Shown here: piece after piece, positions 19,147 through 28,653 of the stretch | Numbering within the stretch: the stretch's first letter is position 1 | How the letters are laid out: each line of letters starts with the position of its first letter | NCBI GenBank assembly: GCA_964644705.1 | Contig: CAZXYF010000002.1 | Coordinates: forward strand, 1-47,076 | Direction of reading: 5' to 3' | From: an uncultured candidatus Brocadiaceae bacterium | Lineage (GTDB): Bacteria; Planctomycetota; Brocadiia; SM23-32 | DNA length: 47,076 nt | Made by a program: the position numbers and the translations under genes | The notes under the pieces: generated by a model | What the model saw: only the letters and a program-made list of their open reading frames with translations | Databases searched by the model: none | What the model was told of the DNA's origin: nothing

Positions 19147-19977
19147 ATGCCCCCCATCACAGACTTTCATACTCACGCGTTCCCGGACGATTTGGCCGAA
19201 CACGCCGTGCGGGAATTGGAGAAACTTCAGGATGAGAATCAGGATGGGGCATGCCTCGACGGTACGATAAAGGACCTGCTTCGCTCAATGGACGCCGCGG
19301 GTATTGACCGTAGTGTCATTTGCTCCATCGCCACTGAACCCAAACAGGTAGGATCTATTCTCGCCTGGTCTCAAACCATTTCCAGCCATCGCATCATTCC
19401 GTTCGGATCTCTGCATCCCGACATGGAACATCCGGATAAAGCGGCCGACGAAATGGTTGAGCACGGCATACCCGGGGTTAAACTTCATCCACTGTATCAG
19501 GGGTTTGACCTGGGAGACAGGTCAACCTGGCGACTTTTTGAGGTTATTGAGCCGCGTCCACTGATTTGCGTGTCGCATTGTGGTTTGGATTTTGCCTTCC
19601 CCCCGGATGATGAACGGGCTCATCCGGAAAAATTAGGCAGGATACACGAACATTTCCCGGATATACCACTGGTGGCGGCCCACATGGGAGGGTGGAAACG
19701 CTGGGATAGTGTGGTTGAGCACCTGGTCGGGCTGGATATCTATCTTGAGACCTCATATACCCTCGGATATATTGACCGCGCCACACTGAGGAAGATCGTC
19801 AAGCGGCATGCAACGGAGAATATATTGCTCGGAAGTGACAGCCCATGGCAGGATCAAAAAAAGACTCTTGAGGGGATCAGAGAGTGGTTCGATCGGGATG
19901 TTATGCATAAGATTACTGCGCTCAACGCCGAGAATATTCTGTCCGGAGTAAACTATCAGCCCCCTGGAGGGGGATGA
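19147..19977 (+). CDS. amidohydrolase-2 family metal-dependent hydrolase (TIM barrel)
   Basis: N-terminal DFHTHAFP (HxH metal motif). Later His and Asp residues (AAHMGG, LGSDSPW) fit the PF04909-type fold. The start is set at the ATG at 19147. Confidence 0.75.
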   Translation: MPPITDFHTHAFPDDLAEHAVRELEKLQDENQDGACLDGTIKDLLRSMDAAGIDRSVICSIATEPKQVGSILAWSQTISSHRIIPFGSLHPDMEHPDKAADEMVEHGIPGVKLHPLYQGFDLGDRSTWRLFEVIEPRPLICVSHCGLDFAFPPDDERAHPEKLGRIHEHFPDIPLVAAHMGGWKRWDSVVEHLVGLDIYLETSYTLGYIDRATLRKIVKRHATENILLGSDSPWQDQKKTLEGIREWFDRDVMHKITALNAENILSGVNYQPPGGG

Positions 19978-20040
19978 TTTCTGCCCCGCGCGCCGCAGAG
20001 TCACTGAATATCACGCTTCAATTCTTCTTCCGAGGATCCG

Positions 20041-21129
20041 ATGGACATCCTTTTTATCGAGCCCTACTGCGTCGGCTCCCATCGCGCGTTCTGTGAGGGA
20101 TACGCCGCATACAGCCAACATGACGTTGAGCTGATGACTCTGCCGGGTAAACGGTGGAAACAGCGGATGCGTGGCGGCAGCGTTCGGCTGGCAGAGCTGC
20201 TGGATGGGACATCGGCCGACCTGATTGTGGCCAGTGATTATCTGAATTTGCCCGTTTTTAAATGCACGTCCGAGCCTCCCGTGGACGGTCTTCCGGTTGT
20301 CCTTTATTTTCATGAGAATCAGCTTACATATCCCCTGCGCGAAGGGCAAAAACGAGAGGATGAGTTTGCCCACATCAACGTAACCAGTTGTTTGGCGGCG
20401 GACCGGGTTCTGTTCAACTCCCGTTATCACCTGGAATCGTATGTGCGGGCCTGCGCTGATTTTTACTCGAATGGTGATACTGCTCCCCATTGCGTCGCGG
20501 ATCGGATCAAAGCAAAAAGCCGGGTGTTGCCGGTAGGGGTCGAACTCGATTCCATTGATGATTGCCGGGGTGTGGCCTCGCACAGGTCCGGCCCTCTGAC
20601 AATTCTCTGGAATCACCGGTGGGAATACGACAAATGCCCGGATACTTTTTTCCGGGTTATGGAACGTTTGGACGCGCAGGGGCTTGAGTTTGAGTTAGCG
20701 GTGGCGGGCCAATCATTTACGCAAAAACCGCCTGCGTTCAAGCGCGCAGAGAAAAACCTATCTCATCGGCTGAGAGTTTTCGGGACCGTCAGCCCCCGTG
20801 CCGATTATTTGCGACTCCTGCTGGAAAGCGATGTGGTCGTTTCCACCGCGAAACATGAATTTTTCGGCATTGCGGTGGTTGAAGCATCCTATGCGGGCTG
20901 CACCCCCATACTCCCCGACCGCCTGAGCTATCCGGAATTGGTCCCGCCCCAGCATCATGGTGAGTGCCTGTACGGCGATGAAAAAGAGCTGTGCCGTACC
21001 CTTCGTCGCTGGGTGAAAAATCCGGCGAAAGCCAGAAGTATCGATCTGAGCGATGCTATGAAACGCTATAATTGGGGGAGGATTGCCCCCCGTCTGGATT
21101 CGACTCTATCAGACGTTTGCGCGCGATAA
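20041..21129 (+). CDS. DUF3524-domain glycosyltransferase (GT4 fold; GTDC1 / tRNA-queuosine mannosyltransferase-like)
   Basis: N-terminal ILFIEPYCVGSH...W (DUF3524-type) plus a C-terminal GT1/GT4 E-x7-E region KHEFFGIAVVEASYAGCTPILP. Confidence 0.75.
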   Translation: MDILFIEPYCVGSHRAFCEGYAAYSQHDVELMTLPGKRWKQRMRGGSVRLAELLDGTSADLIVASDYLNLPVFKCTSEPPVDGLPVVLYFHENQLTYPLREGQKREDEFAHINVTSCLAADRVLFNSRYHLESYVRACADFYSNGDTAPHCVADRIKAKSRVLPVGVELDSIDDCRGVASHRSGPLTILWNHRWEYDKCPDTFFRVMERLDAQGLEFELAVAGQSFTQKPPAFKRAEKNLSHRLRVFGTVSPRADYLRLLLESDVVVSTAKHEFFGIAVVEASYAGCTPILPDRLSYPELVPPQHHGECLYGDEKELCRTLRRWVKNPAKARSIDLSDAMKRYNWGRIAPRLDSTLSDVCAR

Positions 21130-21137
21130 ATTCCAGG

Positions 21138-21587
21138 TCACCTGACGTTTTTGAAGGCCATGGGCATCTCGACGGCACGAATAACGCTGATGGCTTCCAC
21201 GATGTTTTTGTAGGGAACGCGGTCTCCACAATCCAGGACCACCCGTTTGTCCTGCTCCAGCGCTTTGAAACGCTGGAGATGATTCGCGAGCTGGCGTGAT
21301 GATCTTATTTGAACATCCCCCACGTAAGTCTCGACATCACCGGTCGATTTACTCTTGCGCAACTTGAGGACAATTGGTTCGAACTCTTTATCGATTGTCC
21401 GCCCCCCATTCCCGCCATCAGGATCAACAGTCGGCTCTGGCAGCCGCGTTTCGATCATCCCTTCCTTGCGGGGGATCTTGAGGGTGACGATGAAAAAGAT
21501 CAGCAGGAGAAAGACGACATCAATCATCGATGTCATCTTCAGCTCAAGTCCCTCCCCCTCTCCACTGTCGGATTCGCTTTCAGCCAT
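21138..21587 (-). CDS. exbD: ExbD/TolR family biopolymer transport protein (paralogue 3)
   Basis: LKMTSMIDVVFLLLIFFIV TM anchor plus a periplasmic domain. The start is set at the ATG at 21587, which has a GGGGAGAG Shine-Dalgarno sequence upstream. Confidence 0.85.
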   Translation of the reverse strand: MAESESDSGEGEGLELKMTSMIDVVFLLLIFFIVTLKIPRKEGMIETRLPEPTVDPDGGNGGRTIDKEFEPIVLKLRKSKSTGDVETYVGDVQIRSSRQLANHLQRFKALEQDKRVVLDCGDRVPYKNIVEAISVIRAVEMPMAFKNVR

Positions 21588-21730
21588 AGAATGCTCTCCC
21601 CGTATAAATACGTGGACGACAAAATACGCCCGCCTGTTCCGCCCCGCCCGTATTGGGGCATGGCTGCCGCCTGCCGCGTATATCGAGCCCGAATCTCCCG
21701 AACTTGCGACGGGAACGCCGCAGCGGGCAA

Positions 21731-22183
21731 TCAATCGAGATTTCCAAAAGCAAGCGGTAGTTGAATTGCTTGAACAACACTGATTGCCTCAACCAGATCC
21801 TTGTAGGGGACACCGTCCCCACACTGGACCACAACGCGGCCATCATCTTTGATCTTGCGAAACATTTTCAGCCGGCTAGCCAGCTGTCCGGGACCACGCA
21901 TCCGTTGTCCGCCGACGTATGTTTTGACCTTCCCACTCGTTGGATCTTTCCGGAGACTTAATTTTATGTCCTGAAACTCCTGTCGGTCCTTCTCCTCTTC
22001 GGGGGCCGTAACCTGGCCCGCACCTTTTGCCTCGGGAAGTCGGGTTTCGATAAAAGCTTCCTCTTTAGGGATTTTCAGAGTTACGAGAAAAAATATAAGC
22101 AGGAGGAAAACGACGTCAATCATGGACGTCATTTTCAACTCAAGTTCATCTTCCTCTCCCGCATCCGATGCATTTATGGCCAT
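21731..22183 (-). CDS. exbD: ExbD/TolR family biopolymer transport protein (paralogue 2)
   Basis: LKMTSMIDVVFLLLIFFLV motif. The ATG at 22183 is preceded by GGGAGG. Confidence 0.85.
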   Translation of the reverse strand: MAINASDAGEEDELELKMTSMIDVVFLLLIFFLVTLKIPKEEAFIETRLPEAKGAGQVTAPEEEKDRQEFQDIKLSLRKDPTSGKVKTYVGGQRMRGPGQLASRLKMFRKIKDDGRVVVQCGDGVPYKDLVEAISVVQAIQLPLAFGNLD

Positions 22184-22207
22184 TTTATGACCTCCCAATT
22201 TCAGGCG

Positions 22208-22660
22208 TCATTTTTTATCTTCAGGTCTGTATGCTGCAAACATCATCTTCTCGAAGCGCAGATCATAGATCTTTTTCAATACCGGTTTCACGTTTTTGTA
22301 TTCGGCATCTTTATCGCCCCGGATGATGATGGGCGCGGACCCTGTTTTCTCCTCCAGCCTCCTGAGTCCGGCCTTGTATTTGTCCATTTTCTGCTTGAAC
22401 TTGGCCAGATTCATCCTCTGATTATACATCACGATGTCGCCGCCCTTTTCCACGTTGACAACCAGCCGTTTTTTGGATACATCTTGCTGTATTTGGGCCT
22501 GGAATGCCACGGGCAATTCCAGCTCGGCCATCCGTTCCATCTTATTGAAGGTCGTGATGGTCATGAAAAAGATCAGCAGCAGAAATGTGACGTCAATCAA
22601 AGGCGTCATGTCCACGTTCAGCGTTTCGCCGGATCCTTCGCCATTTGCGTTGACGGCCAT
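22208..22660 (-). CDS. exbD: ExbD/TolR family biopolymer transport protein (paralogue 1)
   Basis: VDMTPLIDVTFLLLIFFM motif, 150 aa. Confidence 0.85.
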   Translation of the reverse strand: MAVNANGEGSGETLNVDMTPLIDVTFLLLIFFMTITTFNKMERMAELELPVAFQAQIQQDVSKKRLVVNVEKGGDIVMYNQRMNLAKFKQKMDKYKAGLRRLEEKTGSAPIIIRGDKDAEYKNVKPVLKKIYDLRFEKMMFAAYRPEDKK

Positions 22661-22721
22661 ATATGGAGACTCCTTGAGAATCTATAGGCGATGCCAGTGT
22701 CACAAACCACTGCCGGCCGGA

Positions 22722-23759
22722 TCATTCCGGTGGCGGCGGGGGCGGCACGTCTTCTTCCTGTTCAGGTGCCGGAGGTTCCGGTTCACCTTCCGCGGGCATG
22801 TCCTCTGGCTCTTCCTCGGGCACGTGAGCAGCCGATTCGATGGCCTCGCGGACTTCGGCGGCCATGGCCGGCGTTGTTTCAACATGTTTGAATCGGCTGA
22901 GCAGGTCCTCGCCAGCGACTCCAATATCCAGCATCAGGGACGTCACTCGATTCTTGAATACAGCGTAAGCCACGAGAACCGGAACAGCCACCACCAGCCC
23001 CTCACACGTCGTTGTGAGGGCCAGCTGAATGTCGTTGGCCAGCACCGCGGGTTCGGGTTGTTGGGACATCTGACTGATGGTCCCAAATGCGGCCATCATA
23101 CCCAGGACCGTACCCGTGAGCCCGAGCATTGGCGATATCGCGCCGATAACGGAGAGCCAGCCAACGTGCTGATGCCAGCGGATACTCTCAGCTTCACCCG
23201 CCTCCTCCATGGCCGTTATCATCTCATCGTACCCGGCCCGCACTTCCCGCAAACCGGCTTCCATAACACGCGCCAGGGTGCATTCGCTCCGGAGGCAACG
23301 CTCCATTGCATCCCGAAGATCAAGATCTTCCAGGTCATCCTCCAGAGCATAGATGAATTCCTCTGGCATCAGCTCCGAACGGCGGAGTGAAAATATCATT
23401 TGTCCGGTGAGATACATGGCGACGGTTGACAGCAGAATAATAATCGCCCCCGGAATCCCCGAGTTGTTAATCACAAGGGTGAAAACACTGACTTCTTCGG
23501 TACCACCCTGTTGTTGCCCACCCCCTTCGCCCTCCGCTTCCTCGGATTCACCATTTCCGTTGCCGCCGGAAGGGGCCGGCGCTTCGTCAGTGGATCCCCC
23601 ACCTCCGGAAGGGGCCGGCGCCGTTTCGGCTCCGCCACCGCCACTGGCTCCGCTTCCCTCATCCAGTGATGGGATGCCCTGAGCGTACAGATTTGTCTGA
23701 CTGCTGATAAGCAGCCCACACGCCACAACAAACAATATGGTTAACCAACCTCGTCGCAT
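22722..23759 (-). CDS. exbB: MotA/TolQ/ExbB proton-channel protein with Gly-rich N-terminal and Pro/Glu-rich C-terminal extensions
   Basis: Signal-like N-terminus, a low-complexity repeat APAPSGGG x2, a three-TM ExbB core (ISPMLGLTGTVLGM) and a C-terminal tail PEEEPEDMPAEGEPEPPAPEQEEDVPPPPPPE. Confidence 0.85.
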   Translation of the reverse strand: MRRGWLTILFVVACGLLISSQTNLYAQGIPSLDEGSGASGGGGAETAPAPSGGGGSTDEAPAPSGGNGNGESEEAEGEGGGQQQGGTEEVSVFTLVINNSGIPGAIIILLSTVAMYLTGQMIFSLRRSELMPEEFIYALEDDLEDLDLRDAMERCLRSECTLARVMEAGLREVRAGYDEMITAMEEAGEAESIRWHQHVGWLSVIGAISPMLGLTGTVLGMMAAFGTISQMSQQPEPAVLANDIQLALTTTCEGLVVAVPVLVAYAVFKNRVTSLMLDIGVAGEDLLSRFKHVETTPAMAAEVREAIESAAHVPEEEPEDMPAEGEPEPPAPEQEEDVPPPPPPE

Positions 23760-23835
23760 TCTGTAACTCCTTTTTGTCGAGAACGAATATAGGTCTCTTG
23801 GTTAAATTGGCCCATTAAAAGGGAATAACGGGGAA

Positions 23836-24981
23836 CTACCCCACAAGCCCCGGGTGATTTTTCTTGAGTTTTTTCGTCCAGTACGAACCAGGATATCTAT
23901 TTTTCAGTCGTTTGGCCAGCTCTTTTGCTCGCTGCGGAGCATCGGAATAATATTCCTTTGCCGTGACCGCAGCGTAGTAGAGCGCCTTCTGGTACTCGTG
24001 CTTGATATCACGATGCAAAACAACCACGCGCAGGAAGGAAAAGAGCGCCTCGCGTATCTGGCCGCGTTTCATCAGGGATAGTCCGCGGCTGTTATACGCT
24101 TCGGCTCGCATTTCATCATCGGGGCTCTGCAGGCCGACGGTGCGGAAAAGATTTTCCGCTTTCCGATAATTGTCTTTCCCCTGCCATGCGTATGCTTCAG
24201 AAATCATCGCCAGATAAGCCAGTTCCGGCACTTTTTCCATGTATTGATCACTGAGTGTTTCGAGGGCTTGTATAGCCTGATCATACATGCCCCGTTCCAT
24301 CATGAGCCGCCCCTCCCAAACCCGCGCTTTGCGTTTGATCGACTCCGGGTAATCGGAATTCAGAATGTCATCTATGGTTCCCTGAGCCTCACTAAATTTA
24401 TCCAATCTGATCTGCGCTCGTGCGAGCCCGACGGCAGCGTCCGGCACGAAGTAGTGGTCGGGCATTGCTTTCAGCAGACGCCCGAACTTATCAGCCGCTC
24501 GACTGTACCATTTCCTTTTTCCGGCTTTTGTGACCTGCGCGTATTTGGCTTCTTTAAAAGCCGATTGGGCGGCATAGTACCAGATGTAGGCGCCTATCCA
24601 TTGGAATTTCCCCTTCACCTCGGAACCTGCTTTGCCAAACTGTTTATACGCTTCATCGTATTTTCTGTTCTTCCACATCCCCCACGCCTTTGCATACTTG
24701 GGCGGTTTCGGGCGGCGCGTCACTTTACTCACGATGAGCTTTTTCTGGCTCTCTTTCTCCGCGTATTTCGGTGCCGTGTAAAGCTTTCCCACGTCCCCCC
24801 GGCTTTTAATTTTGATGTATTTGTACGTCTCTTCCTGTATGTCGCCGGTGACCTGTTTCTTGCCCTTCGGTGTTTCAACCATGACAAGGTCTGCCGCTCT
24901 GAGCCCCGGGGCATACCCCAACATGAGTCCAGCTAAGATCGCCAACGCCAGAAGTGCTCTTTTTTTCATGCGTTTAAACAC
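23836..24981 (-). CDS. secreted tetratricopeptide-repeat protein
   Basis: Signal peptide MKKRALLALAILAGLMLGYAPGLRA, then TPR-like A/Y/W-rich helical repeats. It is the first gene of the exb cluster. Confidence 0.7.
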   Translation of the reverse strand: MFKRMKKRALLALAILAGLMLGYAPGLRAADLVMVETPKGKKQVTGDIQEETYKYIKIKSRGDVGKLYTAPKYAEKESQKKLIVSKVTRRPKPPKYAKAWGMWKNRKYDEAYKQFGKAGSEVKGKFQWIGAYIWYYAAQSAFKEAKYAQVTKAGKRKWYSRAADKFGRLLKAMPDHYFVPDAAVGLARAQIRLDKFSEAQGTIDDILNSDYPESIKRKARVWEGRLMMERGMYDQAIQALETLSDQYMEKVPELAYLAMISEAYAWQGKDNYRKAENLFRTVGLQSPDDEMRAEAYNSRGLSLMKRGQIREALFSFLRVVVLHRDIKHEYQKALYYAAVTAKEYYSDAPQRAKELAKRLKNRYPGSYWTKKLKKNHPGLVG

Positions 24982-25253
24982 CTGAAAAGAGTAATGTCTA
25001 TGGATGGATTGTACGCGATTCAGGGGGCATGCCCATCGTGAAGTTCTTCAAGATAGCAGACCCTTGGTACGTTAATATTTGAGTTCTATGTTCATCCATC
25101 TAAAATACATGATATTATCTTCGGACATCGTATTCAACCGCATTCTCGCCTGCGGTCAAGGGGGATGCTGGATGGGAACGAGAATCAGGGATGCCTGATT
25201 GCGCCTTTTTGGGGGCAGCCTCTATAATCGATATTTTACCAGAGGAGGGAATT

Positions 25254-26303
25254 ATGAGGGAACAGCGCCTTCTGCAATATCTTAAATGCAAAAATATCGG
25301 GCAGGAGGTAACCGGTCTCAGACTCGGTATCGGTGATGACTGCGCCGTGCTGGAGGTGGGTGCGGATAAAACCGTAGTCACCAGCACCGATATGCTCATA
25401 GAAGGTGTTCATTACAATCCCGGAGTGCGTCCGGATCTTATCGGTCGAAAAGCGGTCACGCGAGCCCTCAGTGATCTCGCCGCGATGGCGTGCCGTCCGC
25501 TGGCCTGCCTGGTAGCGGTGAGTTTCCCCCCTGCTTCCGAAGAGAAGTTCGCCCGGAAGTTGTGCGATGCTTTTGCTGAAACTGCCCGTCAGTTCGATGC
25601 ACCACTGATTGGCGGGGATATAAGCAGCGGGACCGACCAGTTGACAATCACTGTTACTGTCTTTGGTGTTCCCGGTCCGGACGGGATTGTCAGCCGCTCT
25701 GGAGCCAAACCGGGCGATGCAATCTGTGTGACCGGAAAACTGGGTGGGGCCGTTCAGAGCGGAAGACATCTGACATTTCGACCACGTATCCGGGAAGCCC
25801 TTTTTCTTAACCAGCGCTTTGAGATTCATGCTATGATCGATATCAGCGACGGGCTGAGCACTGATATCCACCATCTTTGTAATGCCAGCGGTGTCGGAGC
25901 GACAATCAACGCTGATGCCGTGCCCGTGCATTCGGATCTCGAATGCGTAAACGGCGCGATCGACCGAGAATCTCTGGTACATCGGGCTCTGTCGGGCGGG
26001 GAAGACTACGAACTTTTGTTCTGCGTTCCCGGAGAACAAATTTCATCCTCCCCCATCACGGTGGCGCTGGGCGAAACGGTGGAGAGAACCGGTGAGACGG
26101 GATCGGAGAAGGGGGAGTGCAATGAAGCCACGGATAAAGGGAATCACAAGCATGATGGCCGAGACCACGGTGTCGTTCCGGAGTCTATAATGGTCGCGCG
26201 CGTTGGAACGTGCACGAATGAGAGCGGAATCGTGCTCCAATGGGACGACCCGGCCGTTGGGAAAGAAACGCTGGAGGCAAATGGATGGGAACATCAGAGC
26301 TGA
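25254..26303 (+). CDS. thiL: thiamine-monophosphate kinase
   Basis: GIGDDCAVL, TSTDMLIEGVHY and GRKAVTRALSDLAAM are typical of ThiL (AIR synthase-related fold). A strong GGAGGG Shine-Dalgarno sequence precedes the ATG at 25254. Confidence 0.9.
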   Translation: MREQRLLQYLKCKNIGQEVTGLRLGIGDDCAVLEVGADKTVVTSTDMLIEGVHYNPGVRPDLIGRKAVTRALSDLAAMACRPLACLVAVSFPPASEEKFARKLCDAFAETARQFDAPLIGGDISSGTDQLTITVTVFGVPGPDGIVSRSGAKPGDAICVTGKLGGAVQSGRHLTFRPRIREALFLNQRFEIHAMIDISDGLSTDIHHLCNASGVGATINADAVPVHSDLECVNGAIDRESLVHRALSGGEDYELLFCVPGEQISSSPITVALGETVERTGETGSEKGECNEATDKGNHKHDGRDHGVVPESIMVARVGTCTNESGIVLQWDDPAVGKETLEANGWEHQS

Positions 26304-26794
26304 AACCGTCATCAACGCGGCCGTATTGCACCAACTCGCCCGCTGAAACGAAACGAGTGGCCGCCCTTTTTGCGTCACAGTGCCGCCCTAACGATGTTGT
26401 GGGGCTGAAAGGGAGTTTAGGAGCCGGTAAAACATGCTTTGTTAAAGGTTTGGCCCGGGGGCTTGGTGTTGAACCGATTCATCAGGTGACCAGCCCCACG
26501 TTTGTTCTCCACCAGCGATACGCTGGCAATCTCGTTGTGCATCATTTTGATGCCTACCGGCTTGAAAGCGCCGCATCAATGGTCGAGTTGGGCTGTGATG
26601 AGGTATTCTCCGGCGGGGGAGTGTCCGTTGTGGAGTGGGCCGACCACGTGATGGAATGTCTCCCGGATTCACATTTTATGTGGGAGTTTCGCATTACCGG
26701 AGCTCGGGAGCGTCAACTCACACTGCTGGCGAACGGATCCGCTTCCGAGGATCGTCTAACAAGGATTGAGGAGGTGTTGGAGGCCGAGTTCTGA
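26285..26794 (+). CDS. tsaE: tRNA t6A37 biosynthesis ATPase TsaE
   Basis: P-loop GSLGAGKT followed by SPTFVL...HFDAYRL. It overlaps the thiL stop by 19 nt. Confidence 0.85.
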   Translation: MGTSELKPSSTRPYCTNSPAETKRVAALFASQCRPNDVVGLKGSLGAGKTCFVKGLARGLGVEPIHQVTSPTFVLHQRYAGNLVVHHFDAYRLESAASMVELGCDEVFSGGGVSVVEWADHVMECLPDSHFMWEFRITGARERQLTLLANGSASEDRLTRIEEVLEAEF

Positions 26795-26883
26795 AGCGGG
26801 TTATAGTTTAGTCGGTGGGCGGGATGAAAAGTGCGGACTGAGAGGGTTGTGACATGCCGAATTCAAACAGTAATCGAAAGTAA

Positions 26884-28653
26884 ATGGTAAATATGGGAAT
26901 ACAGGTTTTACCAAAAATCCTGGTCGACAAAATAGCCGCCGGCGAAGTTATCGAACGTCCGGCCAGTGTCGTCAAAGAACTGGTCGAAAATTCCCTGGAT
27001 GCCGATGCGGGGCGGATACAGGTAGAGCTTAAAAAAGGCGGGTCGCAGTTGATACGCGTGATTGACGATGGGCACGGGATGGACAAGTCGGACATCTCCC
27101 TGGCGTTTTTCAGTCATGCTACATCGAAACTGGAGGAGGAAGGGGACCTCTTTGATATACGCACCATGGGATTTCGTGGGGAGGCACTCTCCAGCATCGC
27201 CAGTATTTCACGGGCCCGTATCGTCTCTCGATGCCATGATTCGGATGTGGGTCACGAGATTCGAGCCGAGGGCGGCGAGATTGGCGATGTGAAGGTGTGC
27301 GGTGCTCCACCGGGCACGCAGGTCGAAGTCAGAAACCTGTTCTACAACGTTCCCGTTCGCCGGAAATTCATGAAAACTCCAGCGACTGAAATGGCCCACG
27401 TTACCGAGGCGGTGACGAGACTGGCACTGGCTCACCCGGAGGTGGGCTTTGTGCTGGAACATAACGGTCGTGAGGTGTTTAATTTGCCGGCTGCCGAGGA
27501 CCGGGCGCGGCGTTTGGGGGAATTTTTCGGACGAGAGATCGCCGACAATATCATTCCCCTCCGCGAACGCTATCCGGAGGTCGAGATTGAAGGATATCTG
27601 CTCCCCCCCTCCGTGAACCGATCCAACACCACCATGCAGTACACCTACGTGAATAAGCGATACGTGCGGGAAAAAACGCTGATGCACGCCATCAGCGAAG
27701 GGTATAAGGGGCTGATGCAACGCGGGCAACGTCCGGTTTGTTTCCTGTTCCTCACCATGGATCCCGGCGACGTTGACGTGAATGTGCATCCTACAAAGGT
27801 GGAGGTGAAATTCCGGGAAAGCGGCGAGATCCATTCCCGTGTTGTTTCCGCCATGCGCAAGACGCTCCGCCAGGCGAAGCTCACGCCCCAGGTCAACCTG
27901 TCCGAACCCGAGTCCCAGGACGTCGAGGAACGATCCGAGTCGATACGGAATGCTATTTCCGATTTTTTCGCCGGGCGGGATAGCGCGGCACAGTCGGATA
28001 AAGATACGGGGAGTGGTGAGCGTTTCACTGGAAGACGGGAGGAATCCGTCGATGGCACGGCCCGTACGGAACCGGATGTGCACTATGGAAACACCATGCA
28101 AATGCTGGACGCGTTCATTGTCGAAGAAGCTGGCGACGGGATCCGACTCATAGATCAGCATGCCCTTCACGAGCGGATATTATACAACCAGATGAAGACG
28201 TCTTTACAGGAGGGCCCTCTGAACAGCCAGCAGCTTCTGGTGCCCGATATGGTCGAGTTGTCCGCCTCGGAATTTTATACCGTCATGGATTTGCAGGACG
28301 AACTAAAGCGGTTCGGTATGGAGATCGAATCTTTTGGAGACAACACCATCGTGGTGCGGTCGTTCCCGCAGATTCTCGGTAATTTCGAGGGAGAAACTTT
28401 TTTTCGAGAACTACTGGACGACCTGCCGGAGGACGCCGGCAATCGGGAGGTGGATGGGCGGCTCGACGAACTGCTCAAAATTATGGCGTGCCGGGGCGCA
28501 GTGAAGGCTGGCGATCGTTTGAGCCCTAAACAGATTCAGAAGATCCTCCAGCAGCGAGATGAATCCGGCCGGACCGATACCTGTCCTCATGGTCGCCCGA
28601 CATCGATTATTCTGTCTCATCGGGAGCTAAATAAACAGTTTGGCCGGGAATAG
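26884..28653 (+). CDS. mutL: DNA mismatch repair endonuclease MutL
   Basis: GHKL ATPase motifs (ELVENSLDA, DDGHGM), the C-terminal endonuclease motif DQHALHERILY, and ACRGAVKAG and CPHGRP. Confidence 0.95.
   Translation: MVNMGIQVLPKILVDKIAAGEVIERPASVVKELVENSLDADAGRIQVELKKGGSQLIRVIDDGHGMDKSDISLAFFSHATSKLEEEGDLFDIRTMGFRGEALSSIASISRARIVSRCHDSDVGHEIRAEGGEIGDVKVCGAPPGTQVEVRNLFYNVPVRRKFMKTPATEMAHVTEAVTRLALAHPEVGFVLEHNGREVFNLPAAEDRARRLGEFFGREIADNIIPLRERYPEVEIEGYLLPPSVNRSNTTMQYTYVNKRYVREKTLMHAISEGYKGLMQRGQRPVCFLFLTMDPGDVDVNVHPTKVEVKFRESGEIHSRVVSAMRKTLRQAKLTPQVNLSEPESQDVEERSESIRNAISDFFAGRDSAAQSDKDTGSGERFTGRREESVDGTARTEPDVHYGNTMQMLDAFIVEEAGDGIRLIDQHALHERILYNQMKTSLQEGPLNSQQLLVPDMVELSASEFYTVMDLQDELKRFGMEIESFGDNTIVVRSFPQILGNFEGETFFRELLDDLPEDAGNREVDGRLDELLKIMACRGAVKAGDRLSPKQIQKILQQRDESGRTDTCPHGRPTSIILSHRELNKQFGRE

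Noticed and set aside
22434-23390. 318-aa plus-strand ORF
   Set aside because: It is antisense to exbD paralogue 1 and exbB. Its composition is Arg/His-rich with no domain.
24982-25253. possible TPP riboswitch upstream of thiL
   Set aside because: The CTGAGA / ACCTGATCTGGATAATGCCAGCG-type conserved elements are not present. The region is more simply a divergent promoter region.
27208-28170. 320-aa minus-strand ORF
   Set aside because: It is a shadow ORF inside mutL.
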